From Candidatus Adlerbacteria bacterium GW2011_GWA1_54_10 (GTDB lineage Bacteria > Patescibacteriota > Minisyncoccia > Phycocordibacterales > SBAW01): 33,870 nt of DNA. The notes under the pieces were generated by a model. The model was not told the DNA's origin. It did no database searches and saw only the letters and a program-made list of their open reading frames with translations. The DNA lies in the NCBI GenBank assembly GCA_001004665.1, contig LCRO01000007.1:1-33870 (forward strand). The letters run 5' to 3'. Position numbers and translations under genes: made by a program. Positions 31,417 to 33,870 of the stretch are shown piece after piece (position 1 is the first letter of the stretch; every line of letters begins with the position of its first letter).

Positions 31417-32532
31417 CTAACGCATCTGCACTGAACCAAAAGTGAACCGTGAGTCATTAATTTTAGCGGCATGAGGATGTTCTCCCGTAAAATCAATTGA
31501 CGCCTCGCTATATGTCCTGCCTCCGATTCTGCTGTCCGCAATGCCCGCCGAGCTTCGAGCGTGTCGGGCAGCGCCGCCCATCGGCAGATACACAGAAACT
31601 TCGGTTCCTTTGCGTTTTTGGCTTTGGATGCGGATCTTGCCGCCGTGCGCCCTTACCATCTCACTTACAATAGTGAGCCCCAGACCCGAACCCGCCTTTT
31701 TAACTTTGCGGACGCGCGAAATGTCCGCGCGGTAAAAGGGTTCAAAGATGTGGGAAAGGTCATCCCGCGACATTCCTATGCCTGTGTCCGTTACGGAAAA
31801 AAGCACCATGTCCTCACTCGGCCGAAGTTCGACCAGGGCAGTGCCTTGCGCTCCTTTGGGCGTGTAATAAAGTGCGTTTTTTACAAGATTGTCCATTATC
31901 TGTTCGAGCGCCGCGCCGTTGCCCCAAACTACGCATCCGGTTTCCTTCCGCATGGATATGCGGATGCTCCTCTCGCGGGCAAGCGGCAGATTTCGCTTTA
32001 CGACAGCCTCGGCCAGCGGAGCGAGGTCTACGCTCTTGAACTGCATCCGCTCGGGGCGCGTCAAATTTTCGAGCGAAAGAAGGTTGTTGATTATCTCGGA
32101 AACGCGGCCGAGTTCCTCGATAGTCTCGAGAAAGATTTTGCGGGTGCTCCTTGGAAGCTTTTCGTCAATGAGTGCGACCTCGCTCGAAGTTTTTATCGTA
32201 GATAGAGGCGTACGCAACTCGTGCGCGACGTCGCTTATAAACCGCTTCTGGTACCTCAAGGTCTCGTGCGCAGGCTTCAAAATCGCGCGGGTAACGATAA
32301 AACCGAACAACGCCGCAGCCGCTATGATGGCGCCGAAGATAAGCCAGCTTTGTCGGGTAAAGATAAGTGCGAGAAAAAGCGCCGCGAGTGTAAGCAAGAC
32401 GAATCCGACCTGTAGCGCGATTATATTGACCGAGGTGCGGAAAAAAAGGTCCTCGCGATATTTACTCGCGTACTTCGCCCACAAGGCGATAACCGACGCC
32501 GCGTACCGTCTCAAAAATGGGTATGTCGTCAT
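31417..32532 (-). CDS. Sensor histidine kinase (HisKA + HATPase), two TMs with almost no loop
   Basis: FISDVAHELRTPL, NLVKNALYY, DTGIGM, IFEPFYR and GSGLGL. Start uncertain; the ORF overlaps the regulator by 71 bp. Confidence 0.9.
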   Translation of the reverse strand: MTTYPFLRRYAASVIALWAKYASKYREDLFFRTSVNIIALQVGFVLLTLAALFLALIFTRQSWLIFGAIIAAAALFGFIVTRAILKPAHETLRYQKRFISDVAHELRTPLSTIKTSSEVALIDEKLPRSTRKIFLETIEELGRVSEIINNLLSLENLTRPERMQFKSVDLAPLAEAVVKRNLPLARERSIRISMRKETGCVVWGNGAALEQIMDNLVKNALYYTPKGAQGTALVELRPSEDMVLFSVTDTGIGMSRDDLSHIFEPFYRADISRVRKVKKAGSGLGLTIVSEMVRAHGGKIRIQSQKRKGTEVSVYLPMGGAARHARSSAGIADSRIGGRTYSEASIDFTGEHPHAAKINDSRFTFGSVQMR

Positions 32533-33145
32533 GGCCGAGCTTCTTTCTCAAATTCTTCATATGCACGTCAAGCACGTTGCTCCACGACAGCGAATTGAAG
32601 TTCCACACGTGGTCGAACAGCTTCTCTCGCGACAGAACCTCGTTCGGTTGCCGCATAAAGCACTCGAGGAGTGCGAACTCCTTAAGTGTGAGAGGAATTT
32701 CCTCTTTCTCCTTGCGCACGACGCGCGTCGCCATGTCCATTTCAAGAGGACCCACTTTAAGAACTACCGGCTTTTGCTCCGCCGGCCGGCGCAGAACCGC
32801 GTTGATGCGCGAGAGCAGCTCCTCGAAGGAGAACGGCTTGACGATATAATCATCAGCGCCCTTGTTCAAGAGGTCAACTTTGTGCTCGGTCTCATTGCGG
32901 GCGGTGAGGACGATAATCGGAGTGGTTACGTTCTCTTTACGGACGCGCTCTGTTATCTGGGCTCCATCCATACCGGGGAGCATGAGATCGAGCAGGACGA
33001 GATCATACTCGTTTCGGTACAGTAAAATGCGGTTTAGCGCTTTCTCGCTGTCCGCGAGCCAGTCTACGGCATAGCCTTTAAGCTCCAGTCCTTTTTTTAG
33101 GGCTTTAGCGAGACGTTCCTCATCCTCGACGATTAAAAGGTGCAT
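32462..33145 (-). CDS. OmpR-family response regulator
   Basis: LIVEDE, LLDLMLPGMDG, GADDYIVKPF, LTLKEF, and ETVRGVGY winged helix. Confidence 0.95.
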   Translation of the reverse strand: MHLLIVEDEERLAKALKKGLELKGYAVDWLADSEKALNRILLYRNEYDLVLLDLMLPGMDGAQITERVRKENVTTPIIVLTARNETEHKVDLLNKGADDYIVKPFSFEELLSRINAVLRRPAEQKPVVLKVGPLEMDMATRVVRKEKEEIPLTLKEFALLECFMRQPNEVLSREKLFDHVWNFNSLSWSNVLDVHMKNLRKKLGHDDIPIFETVRGVGYRLVGEVRE

Positions 33146-33251
33146 AGATGAATAGTTTATATTGGCAATATCGACCTAAGACAGTATCAATATTGTAACC
33201 TGAATGGTTAATGAAGCCTAGTTCAGATTTTGTGCATAGTATAATAACTGT

Positions 33252-33719
33252 ATGCTCGATTCGTTGTTTATCTTCGGGGCGGTATGGCTTGTGTGGGTGC
33301 CGCCTGTCGCTCTGGGGATATATTTTCTGTCTTCGTCGCGCGCGGAAAAAATGCGCCTCGCGGCGCTGGCGGCGATAGCCCTGCCAGCCGCATTCGCGCT
33401 ATCCCGTATTGCAAGCCTTTTTTACTACAGTGAGAGGCCTTTTGCGGATGGCGGGATCATGCCGCTCGTTACGCACGCCGCCGACAACGGTTTTCCGTCC
33501 GACCACGCGCTTCTTGCGTTTGCGGTTGCTTTTGTAGCGCTTGAGCGCAACCGCACGCTCGGCTCGGCGCTCGTTCTTATCGCTATTTTAGTTTCCGTTT
33601 CGCGCATATGGGCCGGGGTGCACAATCCCATAGACATTGCAGGTTCCATCCTTGTCGCGGCGCTTGGGACGCTCATGGCGATTTCAGCGCGCCGCTACAT
33701 ACTGAAGCCGGTCTATTGA
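33252..33719 (+). CDS. PAP2 phosphatase (undecaprenyl-pyrophosphate phosphatase/BcrC-like)
   Basis: ERPF, FPSDH and [13 protein letters not shown] motifs; hydrophobic. Confidence 0.85.
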   Translation: MLDSLFIFGAVWLVWVPPVALGIYFLSSSRAEKMRLAALAAIALPAAFALSRIASLFYYSERPFADGGIMPLVTHAADNGFPSDHALLAFAVAFVALERNRTLGSALVLIAILVSVSRIWAGVHNPIDIAGSILVAALGTLMAISARRYILKPVY

Positions 33720-33870
33720 GCCTTTATTTCGATTTCGGCGAGGAGGGCTTCTATGTCGGCGACGGAAACAGGTTTGACAAGATGGTGGTCGAAGCCCGAC
33801 TCGCGCGCTTTTTGCTTGTCGCTGTCCTGGCCGTAGCCCGTAAGTGCGATGAGTGTCGCTCGAGAACCGC
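33713..33870 (-). CDS. C-terminal receiver domain (partial), likely hybrid kinase or CheY-like
   Basis: Hand translation: [38 protein letters not shown]...stop. Confidence 0.85.
   Translation of the reverse strand, partial: GSRATLIALTGYGQDSDKQKARESGFDHHLVKPVSVADIEALLAEIEIKAQ

Overview
Core-genome-like window from a small-genome bacterium using the standard code (TGA = stop). Gene content and compaction suggest Patescibacteria/Parcubacteria (CPR); this is an inference. It carries a 5'-partial short SMC, RNase R, rpsP-khpA-trmD-ogg, a single-ORF rpoB-rpoC fusion directly followed by dnaG and rpoD, a PD-(D/E)XK-like protein, DsbA, a DEDD/RNase H-fold nuclease, hisS, truB and a Chlamydia-type class Ic ribonucleotide reductase. 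It also has a cupin-GH130-GH130x2-HAD(IIB) putative mannoside-salvage operon, a frameshifted cytidylyltransferase remnant, a RAYT-like Y1 transposase bracketed by identical palindromes, and an OmpR/histidine kinase pair divergent from a PAP2 phosphatase. The most striking non-annotated signal is a population of short palindromic (REP-like) elements. Several share the AGG-N5-CCT core of the RAYT-flanking palindromes and sit in frame inside housekeeping genes (rnr twice, rpoD, dnaG). A different palindrome replaces the DsbA C-terminus. A separate ~115-bp structured element with compensatory base changes occurs twice. An unannotated 34-aa membrane peptide gene and many apparently leaderless genes were also seen.
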